Below are positions 38,583 to 51,705 of a stretch of 64,000 nucleotides of DNA, piece after piece; the first letter of the stretch is position 1; each line of letters starts with the position of its first letter. The notes beneath the pieces were generated by a model. That model saw only the letters and a list, made by a program, of their open reading frames with translations, was not told where the DNA came from and did no database searches. The position numbers and the translations under genes are program-made. This DNA is from Eukaryota sp. GEM-RC1. Its lineage: Eukaryota. The DNA is taken from positions 1,240,001-1,304,000 of the forward strand of contig JAUFOQ010000010.1 in assembly GCA_040285855.1 (NCBI GenBank), given 5' to 3'.

Positions 38583-41500
38583 CTAAGTCGTGAGAAATGC
38601 AATCCGTCCGTTTGAGATTGTGTTAATATCTTGTCCAGTGATTTCGTTGATATCACTATTTCCCAAATTAATACATTCAATTGTAGAATTCAACTTCAAT
38701 ATTTTCAAAAGTTCCAAGGCATTTCTCATACTAATAGAGTTACCCCAAAGGTCAATTTTAGAAAGAGTAGTGTTTTCTTCCAACAAATCAGCTAATGCCT
38801 TTACACTTCTCTGTTTGCCAAAATTAATTCCTCTAACTCTCAAAGAAGAGACATTCCGAATGGACGTAATAATTCTTAATAGATCTGCATATGATAAATC
38901 ACAGTAAGATAAGTCAAGAGAAGTCAATGAAGTACTGGTCTTGACTAAGTCACAAAACAATTCAAAAGCATCGTCCGTAAAACCACAATTGTGGATGTTA
39001 AAACTTTTGATACCAAGAGAACGTAAATCAGAAACAATCTCAGCATGAATTTCAGTGTAGTCTTGTGGTGAAAAGGAGAAAATACATGATTCTAGGTCGA
39101 TAAAATGAGGCGAAATATCAACATCTATCAATGAACTTTTAATGGAATAAATTTGAAACAGAACGACAAGACCATCAAAATTTAAATTTGCAATTCCATT
39201 ACACACAACACGTTTGATCGGAACATTGGATTTTAAAATATTTAAAAGTAACCCTAAATCAGTGTTGTTAATCTTGTTATCGTAACTAATAATACCACGA
39301 GAGAAATCAATAGAATGAGAAATAAAGTCAATGGTTGGTGACGATTGGTGGGTAGAAAATTGATTGAAAATATCCAAAAGATTATTGAATTTAATATGAT
39401 TGTTACTGACATAAACTCTTTTCAGGCAAGAAATTGACTGAATGACAGTGATAAATTTAAGACTACTGGAATACGACAGACGACAGTGACTGAAGTCAAC
39501 AGAAGTCAAAACATGACAAGTTCGTATGATGTCACACAATTCAGATATTCCAGCGTTAGATATATGACAATTTTTAAAAGTAAGTTCTCTAAAACTATAT
39601 GATTTACAAACACAATGTAGAGATGAAAGTTCTTGAGCTGATATTTGGGTAAAAGTTTCTGGTGAATAACAAAAAATAGCATTTTCAATATCTACAAAAT
39701 GTGGAAAAACATCAACATCAACAACTGATTTGTTGATGGAAAGAATTCTCAAATAAAGTAACAATTCCTTCAAAACTGACAGTTTTCAATCCACGACATT
39801 CAACACGTTTAATAGGAACATTTGATTTTAAAACAGTTAAAAGTAACCTTAAATCAGTGTTGTTAACCTTTTAGCGTAACGAACAATACCACGAGAAAAA
39901 TCAATAGAATGAGGTAACACTTTAATAATGGGTGGTGATTGGTGAGTAGAACACTTGTTAAAAATATCCAAAAGGGTACTGAACTCAATGTCATTGTGAC
40001 TGAGATTGACAATTTTGAAAAAAGAATTTGATTGAATTGAATTGATTAATTCATGAATACTGATGTAAAGCAGACGACAGTGACTGAAGTCAACAGAAGT
40101 CAAAGAAGGATAAGTTCGGATGATGTCACACAAAACAAGAAATGCAGTGTCAGAAATTTGACATTTGTTCAATGTAAGTTCCTTAAAACTATATGATTTC
40201 AACAAAGAATGTAGAGATGAAAGTTCTTGAGCTGATATTATGGTAAAAGTTTCTGGTGAAAATCGAAAAACACCATTTTCAATATCTATACAATTAGGAG
40301 AAACATCAAGATCAATCACTGATTTGTTAATGGAAAGAATTTCAAATAAACTAATAATTCCTTCCAAACTGTCATTTTTCCATCCACGACACTCAACACG
40401 TTTAATAGGAACATTTGACTTTAAAGCATTTAAAAGTGATACCAAGTCAGCACTAGTAACGTGATGTTCATAACGAATATAATCAAGAGAAATATCAATA
40501 ACATGAGGAGAACACTTTATACTTGGCAAGAGTTCTTCTGTTAAACTTAGTTGAAAGATTTCCAAAAGATTATTTAAGTTAGTTCCGCAGTTGGAGATGT
40601 CTACAGTTTTCAAACAAGAATTAGATTTGAAGGCACTGATTAATGTAAATACTTGTCCAGGAGATAAATTACAACAGCTGAAGTCAACAGAAGTCAAGGA
40701 AATATTGAGCTTAAATAAATCAGTCAACTTAGTGATTGCGTCATTGGAAAAACGCCAATTGTTGAGGGAAAGTTCTTTGATATTGAAAACTCCTAAAAGT
40801 TTCTGTAGAGCTAAAACTTCTTCTACAGTTACTGGAATAGACTTAGATGGAGAAAAACCAACTACTCCATTATCCAAGTCAATGCAATGAGGAAAGCAAT
40901 CAAAACTGAATACAGATTTGTTTAAGGAATGAATCTCCAGTAATGTTAAACATGTTTTTAGACTTGGTCGTCTCAATCCTGGACAAACTACACGTTTGAT
41001 AGGAACATTTGATTTTAAAGCTTCCAACAGTGAAACTAAATCATCATCGGATAATCTTTTCGATAACAAATAGTGCCAATAGAATGATTTAAAAAATGAG
41101 GAGAAACTGCAAAGATTATTGGTGATTGACGACTAGCAATGTGTTGAAAAATAAATGAAAGTGCATTAAACTCCAAGCAAGAATTTTTGAGAAGAACTCT
41201 TTTTAAGTTAGAATTGAACTCAAGTGCATGAACAATTTTGATGATACTGTTATTAGATAGTTTACAGAAACTGAAGTCCATGGAAATCAATGAATTATTG
41301 ACCCTGATTAGATTACACAAAGCATTGATTGCATCGTCAGTAAAACGACACTCTTTAAGAGTAAGATGTTTGATAGTAAAAGACTCGAGAAACGACTTTA
41401 AAGTTGAGACTTCTTCGGAAGTCAAGCGAACAAGTTCTTGAGGAGCATAACAAAACACACCTTTCTTAGTGTCGACCAAATAAGGAGAAATGTCTACAGT

Positions 41501-42976
41501 GGATCGCAGCTTTAGAGGACATAAAGTTTCATAAACTACAATTAATGAAGTTAACGTTAATCGTATCCCAGGAAAACTAACTTTCTGGAGAGTAGAATTA
41601 GTTTCAAGTGCTTTGAGAAAAGTTTGCAACTGACGAAATTTAAACGTAGAAACATTAATAATTAATTCAAACAAACCAGTATATCGTTTAACCATTCTTA
41701 TTAGTGACTCAACTTGTATTCCGTCGTTTGAACACGTAGACCAGTAAAGAGATAATTCCACCAATGAAGAATTTGATTCAAGGAAATCCACATTCGACAC
41801 GAATGAACGTTCGGAAAGCTTCACCTTTTTAAAACAAGTATTGTATTTAAACACTTCATAAAGATGTGCAGGAGTTCCACCAAAAGATATTTCTTGCAAT
41901 GACAAATTACACTTAAGAGCCTCAATCACTGTAGAATCAAGACTGTAACAACTAGGAAACACTAGACTTCTGATACTAGACGTGTTTAGAAGAGGTACAA
42001 GAACACTTGAATCATATGTTTGTATACCAGATAAATCTAATGATTTAAGTGAGTTATTACTAGCTAAAGCAGTAAATAGAAGCAGTGACTCCTCCTCTTT
42101 AATAGAAGACCGAAGGAAAGTAGGAAATGATACAGACAGTTTGATACTTGTAAATGTATGAATTGAACGAAAGAGTTCAACAAGAGCAATCACATCAGCA
42201 GTCGTTAAAGCTCTAACATCAATACTTAATTCAACAATAGTCGTGCTCAACAATAGAGCTTCACAAAAGGTAGTCAACTCAGACTCAGAGTCGGTGGTAA
42301 AATCGATACATCTTAGTCTAGGTAAGAAGAGAGGAGAAGAGCTGTCAAGTAGGTAGGTCAAATTGGTGACGTCATCATTTATCCTTAGACTAGTAATTCT
42401 TGAAGTGTGGTCAAGAAGTTCTTCAACTCTAAAGGATGGATCCACACTCAAGGCAACAGATGGTACGTCTGCTTGGAAGTAACAGGCTATGGGAAGAAGA
42501 AAAGGAAGATCGTAGGCGTCAACAGACAGTGTATTGGACTCAAAGAACATTTGAACTCCAAAGAAAGCAGCTACATAGAAACGGCGACTAACATAACCCA
42601 CTTGTTGGATGAACGCAGGCAGTTTGTTGGTCAAACGACGGTGACGAGAGCGGTTGTTTTGCTTATAGATAGGAAAAGAGTTCCAAAGATTTGTAAGCAT
42701 GTGAGAACTGATGAGAGATACTAAAGATTGCTGCAAGTAGATGAACTGTGAAGAAGGGGAAATCGAACAAGGAGAGGCAGGAGAAGGAGTGGCGACGGAG
42801 TCAGGAAGAACATCGGAACCAGGGGGACATGTAGAGATAGATATTGTACATGAACTGCAGAGACAACTTGATCTCCATTGATCTCGGCATTTGAGGGAGC
42901 AAACATAGCGATCGCAACATATTTCTATGAGACAAGCATCGATAGTCTTGCATAAGAAACAAGGACGTTTATCCAT
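38583..42976 (-). CDS. LRR5: RING-like Zn finger plus LRR super-repeat protein (frame-broken)
   Basis: ORFs 41036-42976, 39849-41069 and 38583-39773; N-terminus nearly identical to LRR2. Confidence 0.85.
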
Positions 42977-42999
42977 GAGATGGTAATGTATGTTCGATC

Positions 43000-43742
43000 C
43001 AGGGATGTTAAAAAATATATTTAAATAAATATATTATTGTGTGGGCTTGCAATAAATATATTGATATTGTGTGGGCTTGCAATAAATATATTGATATTGT
43101 CGGGCATCACAATAAATAAATATATTATATTTATTGACAATATTATCTGCTGCAACTTTAGTACTGATATAATGTAGAAAAACCGGGTTTATGATCAATC
43201 AGTGAAAAATTGCTATCGTAGTATAATCTATTCTTCATCTATTACATCCCCATCTTGGTGCAACAAATCTTGACAAGGATTGTGAAGGAGAATTCTTCGA
43301 ACAGTCTCTTCAGTCCAAAGTTGGGAGTTGTAGAGTACACATTATCCAATGTTCAGTTCCGCGTGCAGAAGCAAGGCGAACAGGTTGTGGATCAAGTAGT
43401 CGAAAGTAATGTTCAGCAACAAGTTTTGGTTTGATAGTCATCAAGAAAAAAAAAGAACTAAAATTGTTTAGCCATTTTGTTCCAGGATGGTATGATCAAC
43501 TGTTTGTATCCCAGGTTACAAAATTGAGACAGTACTGTACGAATTGAAATGAAGAAAGTTCGATATTTGCAAATGAAGACACAACAATTTGGCATGAAAA
43601 TATATTGTCACAATATTGCAATATATTGCAATATTATTGCATATTGCGATTTGAGACAATAAATATATTGTTGACCCAGCTGCTGACAATAAATAAATAA
43701 ATAAATAATATTTATTGCAATAAATAAAATACAAATATATTT
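43000..43742. mobile_element. Probable hAT-like non-autonomous insertion upstream of LRR5
   Basis: Absent from the paralogous LRR2 locus (15060-15100). Starts CAGGGATGTT and has AT-rich subterminal repeats (TATTGTGTGGGCTTGCAATAAATATATTGA x2). The right TIR is degenerate. Confidence 0.6.
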
Positions 43743-43764
43743 TTCGAACACAGAGACCAGAAAA

Positions 43765-45288
43765 AGTAATTTGAATCATTGTTCTTGTACGATTTCATCC
43801 ACTCGTGGTATCAAACAAGGTGGTCCTTTGGGCCCTTTTTCTTTTCTGTTTGCCGTTGCAAAGAATTCTTCGCAAATTCTCAAGCGAATTCCCAGGATTA
43901 TGGTTGAACTCGTATGCTGATGTTACCTCTTTGGTTGGCCCTTTGGAAGTCATTAAATCGAGTTTTCCTCGTTTTGTTGAATTGTCTTCAAGTATTGGTT
44001 TGTCAATTAATTTTCAAAAATGTCTTGTCATTGGACGTTCATCAGTTTATTTGAATTTTGGGGAATCTTCCATTCCGCTTGTCAATTATTCAGTTGAATG
44101 TGTCAAGTTTTTGGGCAATTATATTGGTAATGATGACAAAACTAAGGAGACTTTATCACATAAGAATAATTGTATCTTTCAGCAGCTTAACCAAATCGTT
44201 GATCTAGATGTAGGCAAACAAGTTTCTTTTGCTATGCTGCAAGTTTGTTTTGGTGGTAAAATTAATATACGTGGTTTACCTTCTGAACTAACTCTCGAAT
44301 TATCTCGTAATTTTAATTTATTGCACACAAATTTTGTTAGTTATCTGGTTGGTAACAAAGACTCTTCGTTTCCTTCTCATTGTTTCACTTCTACTTCTTT
44401 TGGTGGTATTAGTTTCACGAAAGCTAAGTACATGCGTGATGGTGCCTTTTTGGGCTCTTTGGAGAATTTTTGTTTGACTTTCAGAATCGTTATCATGTGT
44501 TATGGAAAACGAAAGATTTTTTACTTCACTCACCTTGTGCATGGTTAATTAGTCTTCAAAATTTAATTGATAATCTTGACTCCAATTTGTGGTCAGATTT
44601 ATTTCCTGTTGTGGTAACAGAAATTCTGCAGAGAAGCATTTTCTCTTTGCCTTCGTGTGTTCGCAAGATACAGAAGAAGTTTGTTTTGTTTCACGAATGC
44701 TTGGACTTTAAAAACCGTATTAGCTTGGCTAAGACTAAGAGTCCCGCTTTTTGTGCATTGTTGCATGATATTTCTTCAAGATCTGCGTCTTCATTTGTTT
44801 CTCGTTTGCCAAGAAAATTTTGTTTCAATCTTAAGGATCATGAATGGCTTATAAACATGAGACATAGGTTAGGTTTATGGCCTTCAGGTCTTTTGAAGCA
44901 TTCTCCATGTCTTTGTGGTCGTTCAAAGGCTTCAAATTTTGATCATTTAGTTAACTGTCATCAATTTATTCATTTTAGATCAATAATTCACAACAGTATC
45001 AGGGATACATGTTTGGATATGTTTAAAGCTAATGCTTTTCATGGAAAAATTGAACCTGTACTTGCTAATCTTTCTGATCAGCAAAAAGTTGATAGAAGTC
45101 GTGGTGATTTGATTGGTCCTTGGTTATCTTGTCGGGAAATTATCATGGATTTCACAACTGTTGATCCTTGTATTTCAAGATCACTTTCCAAAAATTTTGA
45201 TGATGATTTTTCTGCTCTTGAAGTGGCTGAAAACGGAAAAAATACAAAGTACTGCCACTTAATTAACCAATTGACCTTCCCACAATGA
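43765..45288 (+). mobile_element. 5'-truncated RLE-type (CRE-like) non-LTR retrotransposon
   Basis: RGIKQGGPLGPFLF, SYADVTSLVG, INFQKC and KFLG RT motifs, then CLCG..HLVNC..HNSIRD, EP, RGDL, MDFTTVD and AE..K..KY restriction-like endonuclease motifs. Confidence 0.9.
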
Positions 45289-45792
45289 AGAAGAGATTTC
45301 GAGACCAATGTTAATGATACAAATGTGTAGTGCGGTTAAGGTTCTGTGTAATATGTGAAATTGTGCAATAAGTTGTGGATTTAGACACTCTCTTTATGAA
45401 TACATCTTTGTAGTAAAAGAAACTACTGTGGATTTCTCCAACAAAAATGTTTGAGGACATAATTAGTATCACGATAAATTTAGTTTCACTACATAAATAC
45501 TATTTATTAAATAGTCTCAGTGAGACTAATTACCACTACTTTTTGGAATTGAGTTGTTCGTTAGACAATTTGTACCAATAGCTCTATTTGTTGGCAAAAT
45601 TGGTGATTTTAATCATTCTTGAATACACTATTCTTATGCTTACAGCTAAATACCCTAAGTTTGTAATTTGTTTAAGCATGTGTATTTTGTTTCTGTCAGG
45701 AATACGCAATGTGTTTTCACCGTCTGACGGATCAACAATCATTGTTTCAGTGTAACGACAGGAAAACAAACGAAATGTATATTACTAAAATA

Positions 45793-45907
45793 CGACAGGA
45801 AGGAGGAGTCGAACCCCTGGGTTAAGCAACCTCTGGCGTAATACTTGCCATAGCAAGATGAGCCTCGAAGGCCACGCCATATGTCCACTGGGACACAACA
45901 TCCCGTC
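45793..45907 (-). ncRNA. tRNA-Sec-scaffold RNA, copy A (34-nt branched anticodon-loop domain)
   Basis: GACGGGATG TT GTGTCC CAGT GGACAT A TGGCGT [GGCCTTCGAGGCTCATCTTGCTATGGCAAGTATT] ACGCCA GA GGTTGCTTAACC CA GGGG TTCGACT CCTC CTTCCTGTC G TATTTT. Confidence 0.85.
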
Positions 45908-45939
45908 AATAATGATTGACGGGATTGGTTAATGTCCAT

Positions 45940-46680
45940 ATAATTTGAAATGCCAATGTGGGCAATCTGTAACACCTAGAAATTTATTGAATCGTAACCG
46001 TTTTATTTCTTTTTAGAAGTAAGGTTCATGATTCAGTAAGGGATCAATTATATTGTATGTGTAAATCTTATGGAATAGTTTCCTTTTTAGATCCAGTTCT
46101 GGCTGGTTTGTTTGATGACACAGATGTTGACAAATCGTTTGGAAATAGTCGTGATGTCATATTTCCTGTCCTTGATGGATCTTTCATTATTGCTGATGTT
46201 ATGTCTATCGATGTTTGTGATGATTCCTACAAGAAACTTGCTAAATCTGATGCTAAAAACCCCTTGTTGATTGGTGAAAAATTTAAAATACAAATATATT
46301 GTGCTAAATCGAAATTATTGAATTCGACCTCACACTCGAATTACTTGTTGTACCCTTTCGTATTTTCACTATACGGTACTTTAGGTGAATCTGCATCATC
46401 ATTACTTGAAATCTTTGTGAAGATTGTAAAAGAAAAAACATCTAAGACTTTTGATCTTAGATTTTGGAAAAATCGAATCGTGTTTGCTATCTTTAAAGGT
46501 ATGGTGACTTCTGTATCTAGCGCTTTATTATCTCTTGGCAGACATTATGAAGATAAGGTAGGTGACAATTTCCAGTGAGGCAATCTAGACTTTGAGGATA
46601 TTGATTATTAGATGTGTGTACACTGTAGTGTTGTTGTCTATCACTTTTAGAATAAATAAATAAAAATAAAGAAAAAAAAG
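45940..46680 (+). mobile_element. 5'-truncated RLE non-LTR element, endonuclease domain to A-rich tail
   Basis: LKCQCG...HDSVRD...DP...IADV...GEKFK...YPFVFSLYGTLG...WKNRIVFAIFKG, then AATAAA and A-rich tail. Confidence 0.85.
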
Positions 46681-47922
46681 ATTTTGGACGATCAATAAAT
46701 TATTGATAGATTATTGATTGCAATAGAATGAGATAAATATATATATGAAAAGCCCTGGCATTGTCCGGTGCAGTATCAGGGCTTGCAAAGTTCATGATAT
46801 TAAAGAAACAGTTGTCTGATTGAATTGTACTTTTTCAAAAATGGATTAAGATCATAAAATAGAAATCTAATTCAATGACGTCTACATTTAACTCGACATC
46901 ACAATCAATCAATCCACAGCTTCTCACCTAGCAATAGTTCTGTCGAACTTCGACACAAAGACATACTCCAAGCTCTACATAAAACGCCCATGATTTAAGG
47001 ACTACGGCAACTAGAGAAAATGCATAGCGATAGAACAACAGCTGATAAACTGACTGATATCGACTTTTCTCTACTCACATGTCTACGACCCGCGTAGTCT
47101 ACAAAAACATAATATGGATATTGTTTTCAACCAAAAACTATATCCAATCACACGGTTTTACATTATTACCCGACACATCGAAACTAAATCATGATAAAAA
47201 CTCCTAATCTGTTTAGAAACAGTATTGTTACACCCATCACTGTTCTTGCGAGTTACAGCGAAGTTACTTGAATCTTTTATCTACTTTCTGACAGCAAAAA
47301 TTACAATTTAACTTCTGATTGAACTAATTATCGTCATTTGAATACAAATATAATTTATCCACATTTTGAGATATTTCTAAGTGATCAGAAATTGTCATGG
47401 GCTTACAGATCAGTCTTTTCGATACGGTTATAAAGACGATGTGACTGATTGAATTGCTGTTTGATTTTAACACATATTAGCCTAATAATATTAAGCCACT
47501 TTCAGTATGTCCGTGTTCGTCGTCCCATATTCGCTTTAATCACTAAGTTTATTCATTCTTTTCAACTATTAAGTATACTGAGAAAACAACAAATACAGTA
47601 GTATTTGAAGACACCGTGTTGACACACATGCGTTTGAAGAACCAGTAGATATTTGGAACCCTGTTAAACTTTGATGAAGAACAATAATTCCAGTTATCAA
47701 GCCTGCTTTAGAAATTTAATCCCCGTAATTGAAATGACCTACAAGTGATCTTTTATTATACAAGTTCCATTAATGCTGCTTCCATCACAATGAGAATTGC
47801 AGTACTTTTTAACAGTTTACTTTACAAATTTCTTTAGTATTTATAGTTTTAAATTGATCACGATATATTGTATTAATCGACATACATGATGTTGCTTCCA
47901 TCAAAATGAGAATTGCAGTACT

Positions 47923-48323
47923 TTTTACTGATGATGCTTTAGACTTGTTACGTGATTTAATCAGGACCAGTACGTCATTGACTTCTCTTGACTTATATAA
48001 CTGTAACTGATCTGATGCAGATTTATCAGGTATTATTGATTCTGTTCGACTCATTTCGTCTTTACAATTTAGCGAAAATACTTGTAGAGGACTTGGAAGT
48101 ACAAGAAGAGCAATAGCTGAGCTGTGGAAAAGAAGAGAGTTTTTTCCAAAATTGACCTTGTGGGTAACTCTACTGATTGATGAAACTGTTTGAGAATTTT
48201 GATTATAATTGAGGTTAAATTTGCGATTGAATATATTAATCACGGAAAAGCTGATGTCAACAAAAGAAGCGGAATAGAAATTTGAACAATCTCAAATGGA
48301 CGTATTGTATTTCTAAGGAATTA
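47923..48323 (+). pseudogene. Decayed LRR-gene C-terminus
   Basis: FTDDALDLLRDLIRTSTSLTSLDL, SKIDLVG and ISNGRIVFL with stops and frameshifts. Confidence 0.75.
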
Positions 48324-48894
48324 ATGAATACAGTCCTTTTGTCTGCAGTCAATCAAACACGAGACTCAGCAATATTGATGCAGTACATGATTGTGTTCTC
48401 TGTAATTTTCGTGCAGTTGTTGACATCATAAACAATTAATATTTATTGATCATATAGATTTAGTGGCCTCTTACAAAATGTAGCAATGTTTTCTGAATTG
48501 AAAAAAATCTATTTATTGCAATTATTGCAAAATAGTAATATCGTTACGTTTCCATCAAAACTTGCAACAAATGAACTTACATTCACTTGAACTTCTATTC
48601 AATTTAATTGAATCAGATTACAAATGTCAAACGACTCGGCTCAAGCCGTATGCCGATCGACTTGAGCAAATTCTCTTGCTCATGCAAATTTGGTTACTCA
48701 AATGACTCAAGTCAAAGCCATTTTGGAATTTTATGGCCAACTCAAATCTTTCTCCCCTCCTGACTAAACTCTGTTCATAATTGTTCACCCGGTGCGCTTT
48801 CCACGCAATGAGATTGCAAGGTCAAATAGATGGAAGTTTTTCGAACATTGGCAGATACCTTCCTATCTGTGTGACTCTTCCAACATCAGCCTTC

Positions 48895-49035
48895 TTCTCG
48901 TGTTCCCCTCCCTCATTTTTTTATCCGACCCCTTTTCTTCTTCGCTTTCTTGCGAGGATATAGCTGAACCGAAGCACATACGTTTTCAGCAGTCTTTACT
49001 AGCTCTCATCAATTCTTGTCTTGTAAGAAATGTCA
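48895..49035 (+). pseudogene. LRR-gene N-terminal fragment
   Basis: SSSLSCEDIAEPKHIRFQQSLLALINSCLVR matches the LRR3/LRR4 N-terminus. Confidence 0.65.
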
Positions 49036-49109
49036 TGAGTTTATCTCTAAATTGCCCAATACTTTGGACAACATTTCAAACTATGTTTTCTTATTGGTAA
49101 GCGGTTTGC

Positions 49110-50640
49110 GGATCTTATGTATGGTGAGCAATCTATCCAGTTTGTGGACTACAACACTGAAGCTGTCCGTTTTTGGGTTCCTATATTGGCAATCCTTTGC
49201 AGATTGAGAGTGTGTTCAATAATTATCTTCAGAAAATCAAAGTTCAATTGGAGACTATACAAGATCTCAAGATCGATAACCACTTGGCTTTTTCAGAAAA
49301 CTTTCGGTCTGTTTTGGATCGAAAATCAATCATCTTCTTAGATCTTTATCACCTGAGCTTTCTCTTGGTTTTGCTCGTGAGTTCAACTCTTTGAGAACTC
49401 AATTTTTAGGGAATTTGGTTGAAATCAATAGTTCCAAAATTCCTTATCATGCCTTTTCAGTTCAAAATTTGGTAGTGTTGGTTTTCCAAGAGCTAAGTAT
49501 TTATGTAAAAGTGCTTTCGTTGGTGGTATGAAGAACTTTCTTTTTGAGAGTAAGCTTCGGTTCGAAAATATTTTCGATTCAGTTGTAGACGGCTCTTACG
49601 CTTTATTGAACTCTTTGGAGGAGTTAGTTCAAGGTTTGCCTATTGAAGTTTGGAACAAAAGTTTCCCGAAAAGTGTTTCATCTATTCCTGATCGGTCAAT
49701 TGAATTTCTATCTCTTGTTGTAGTTAAGTTACAGAATGCAACATTACTTGGGTTGGAAGACTTGGATTTTAGTAAAAGACTTAGTGTGACTAAGATTGAT
49801 AATCCCGTCTTTGCAGCTTTTTTTATGTGACATTCAACAATGTTCTAGCTTCATCACTCAACAACCTAGACCTTTTGGTTTACATTTGAACAATGATGCT
49901 TGGAAGCAAAATATGTCTTCGATTAGGATTATTCCCTAGTGGTTTACTAAATAATTCAATCTGTGTTTGCGATAACCGATCTACAGCCACATTTCGTCAT
50001 GTTGTTAGTTGCAAGAAATTTTTGCAATTTCGATTTGTTCTACATAACGCTGTTTGTGACGTTACTTATGAAATGTTCAAATCCTACAATTATAGTTGTA
50101 AAATTGAACCTCTTCTGAAACATTATAGTGACAATAACGTGTTTGATTATCGGCGTGGTGACTTAATTGCTCCTTTTCTGGTTTCATCTCAAGTTGTGGT
50201 TGATTTTACTACAGTTGACCAGTTTGCAAAAGTCTACCAAGACTCCATATTGAATGATTCGAATGGTCATCTAGAAAAGGCTGAACAGCGAAAGTGTTCA
50301 AATTATGCGGATGTTTTGCAGAAGCTTAATGAAAATCTATATTCTAAGTTTTCATTTGTTCCATTTGCAATTTCAATTTTTGGTAATATTGGTCCAGCCG
50401 GTTTATTGTTTTTCAGTGATTTTAGTCTTTTATGTCGTTATAATGGTAAGGTGTTTAATAGCGCTGTATGGATTAATCGAATTATGTTCGCTCTTTATAG
50501 AAGCATTCCCAAGTATTTATGTTCCATTTATTCGAAGTTGTATAGGGACAATTCTCGGGTTGATGTGGAGAATTTAACTTCTTTCATTTTCTGAATTAGT
50601 ATGTATTAATTTATTGTTGCAAATCAACTCTTATATGTTT
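49110..50640 (+). mobile_element. 5'-truncated RLE non-LTR element (distinct family)
   Basis: RFLGSYIG, ICLRLG, CVC..HVVSC..HNAVCD, IEP, RRGDL, VDFTTVD, AEQRK..Y, FVPFAISIFGNIG, WINRI. Confidence 0.85.
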
Positions 50641-50658
50641 AAAATACATACTGAGACA

Positions 50659-51203
50659 CAGGCTTGTCACTTGATAAAAACGTTTAAAACGTATTTTGAA
50701 AAAAACGACGTTTTTTATATTCTGGATTGACACAAACAGCACGACTTTCTACTCCACTTTTGTCTTCATTTGACAGGTGTTATTTCAGGTATGTTGTTTC
50801 TGACCAAGCAAGACTGGAACAAGGCAATAGTATTTGTTGGTGACACTATTGCTGGTACAGTATATGCTCTTTTGTTCTGTATCTGAGTGAAACGACCTTC
50901 AGGTACACTCGAACAGTGTTTTTGTTACATGAACTCCGATATCTTCCCGTCCTGACCACGTGATCATCGTCAGATGAGCACTAAACTTCATCTCCATGGT
51001 GTTATGCTTCCAATCTCAAAAAAACATAGCTGCAACGATCGATGTATGACAGATTTGGTTGATGAAAATGAAGTGAGAAAAAAGTGAAAAGATGAAAAAG
51101 TTGATCTGCCCTTTTTGAACGTTTTTTATTAAATTCGAAAAAAACGTAAAAAACGATAAAAAACGTCGTTTTTTATTTTTGAGCAACGTTTTTTACAAGC
51201 CTG
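50659..51203. mobile_element. hAT-type MITE
   Basis: TIR CAGGCTTGT at both ends; 8-bp TSD CTGAGACA (50651-50658, 51204-51211); AAAACG subterminal repeats. Confidence 0.85.
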
Positions 51204-51213
51204 CTGAGACAAT

Positions 51214-51680
51214 CAGTGAACGCTAACACGTTCAAAATCGAATCCAACACGTGTTAACACGTGTTAGGGCGTGTTACGTATTAGCGTTGGAAATTTTCTC
51301 TGTGACATCACTGATCTCGCTCCACAACACTGTCCTTCTTACTGTACTGAATTCACCTGATGCTAGAAAGTCCTTTGTCCAACTACATCACTCTACTACA
51401 TTCTTCCCTTTCGTATTTTCTCAATAAACATTATTCATATCCATATCTATTTGTTCTTAACTACATTTTCCATTACACAGTAATGAGTACTGCACCGATG
51501 AGGTCTGATTCCATTTTTGAACGTGTTAGCGTTCACTGCTGCAACATGGATACTACAAGAGTACCGTGTGTCAATTCAGTTCTTTCAGAGATCATAATGA
51601 TCAAGTTACGTGTTAGGATTCGGCTTAAAATTTCTAACACGTGTTACGTGTTAGGACGTGTTACGTGTTAGCGTTCACTG
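51214..51680. mobile_element. hAT-type MITE
   Basis: 18-bp TIR CAGTGAACGCTAACACGT; 8-bp TSD GAGACAAT (51206-51213, 51681-51688); ACACGTGTTA subterminal repeats and an internal extra TIR ending at 51538. Confidence 0.9.
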
Positions 51681-51705
51681 GAGACAATTGATGAATCTTC
51701 TATCT

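Noticed and set aside
41036..41069. Programmed ribosomal frameshifting in LRR genes
   Set aside because: The paralog LRR7 is in-frame with one more A and no consistent slippery-site structure is visible; sequencing error is more parsimonious.
46750..46785. Hairpin AAGCCCTG...CAGGGCTT as terminator or ncRNA
   Set aside because: More simply two hAT-like termini back to back; partner TIRs and TSDs were not found.
46900..47000. Integrase-like SNSSVELRHKDILQAL peptide
   Set aside because: Single weak motif with stops around it; insufficient support.
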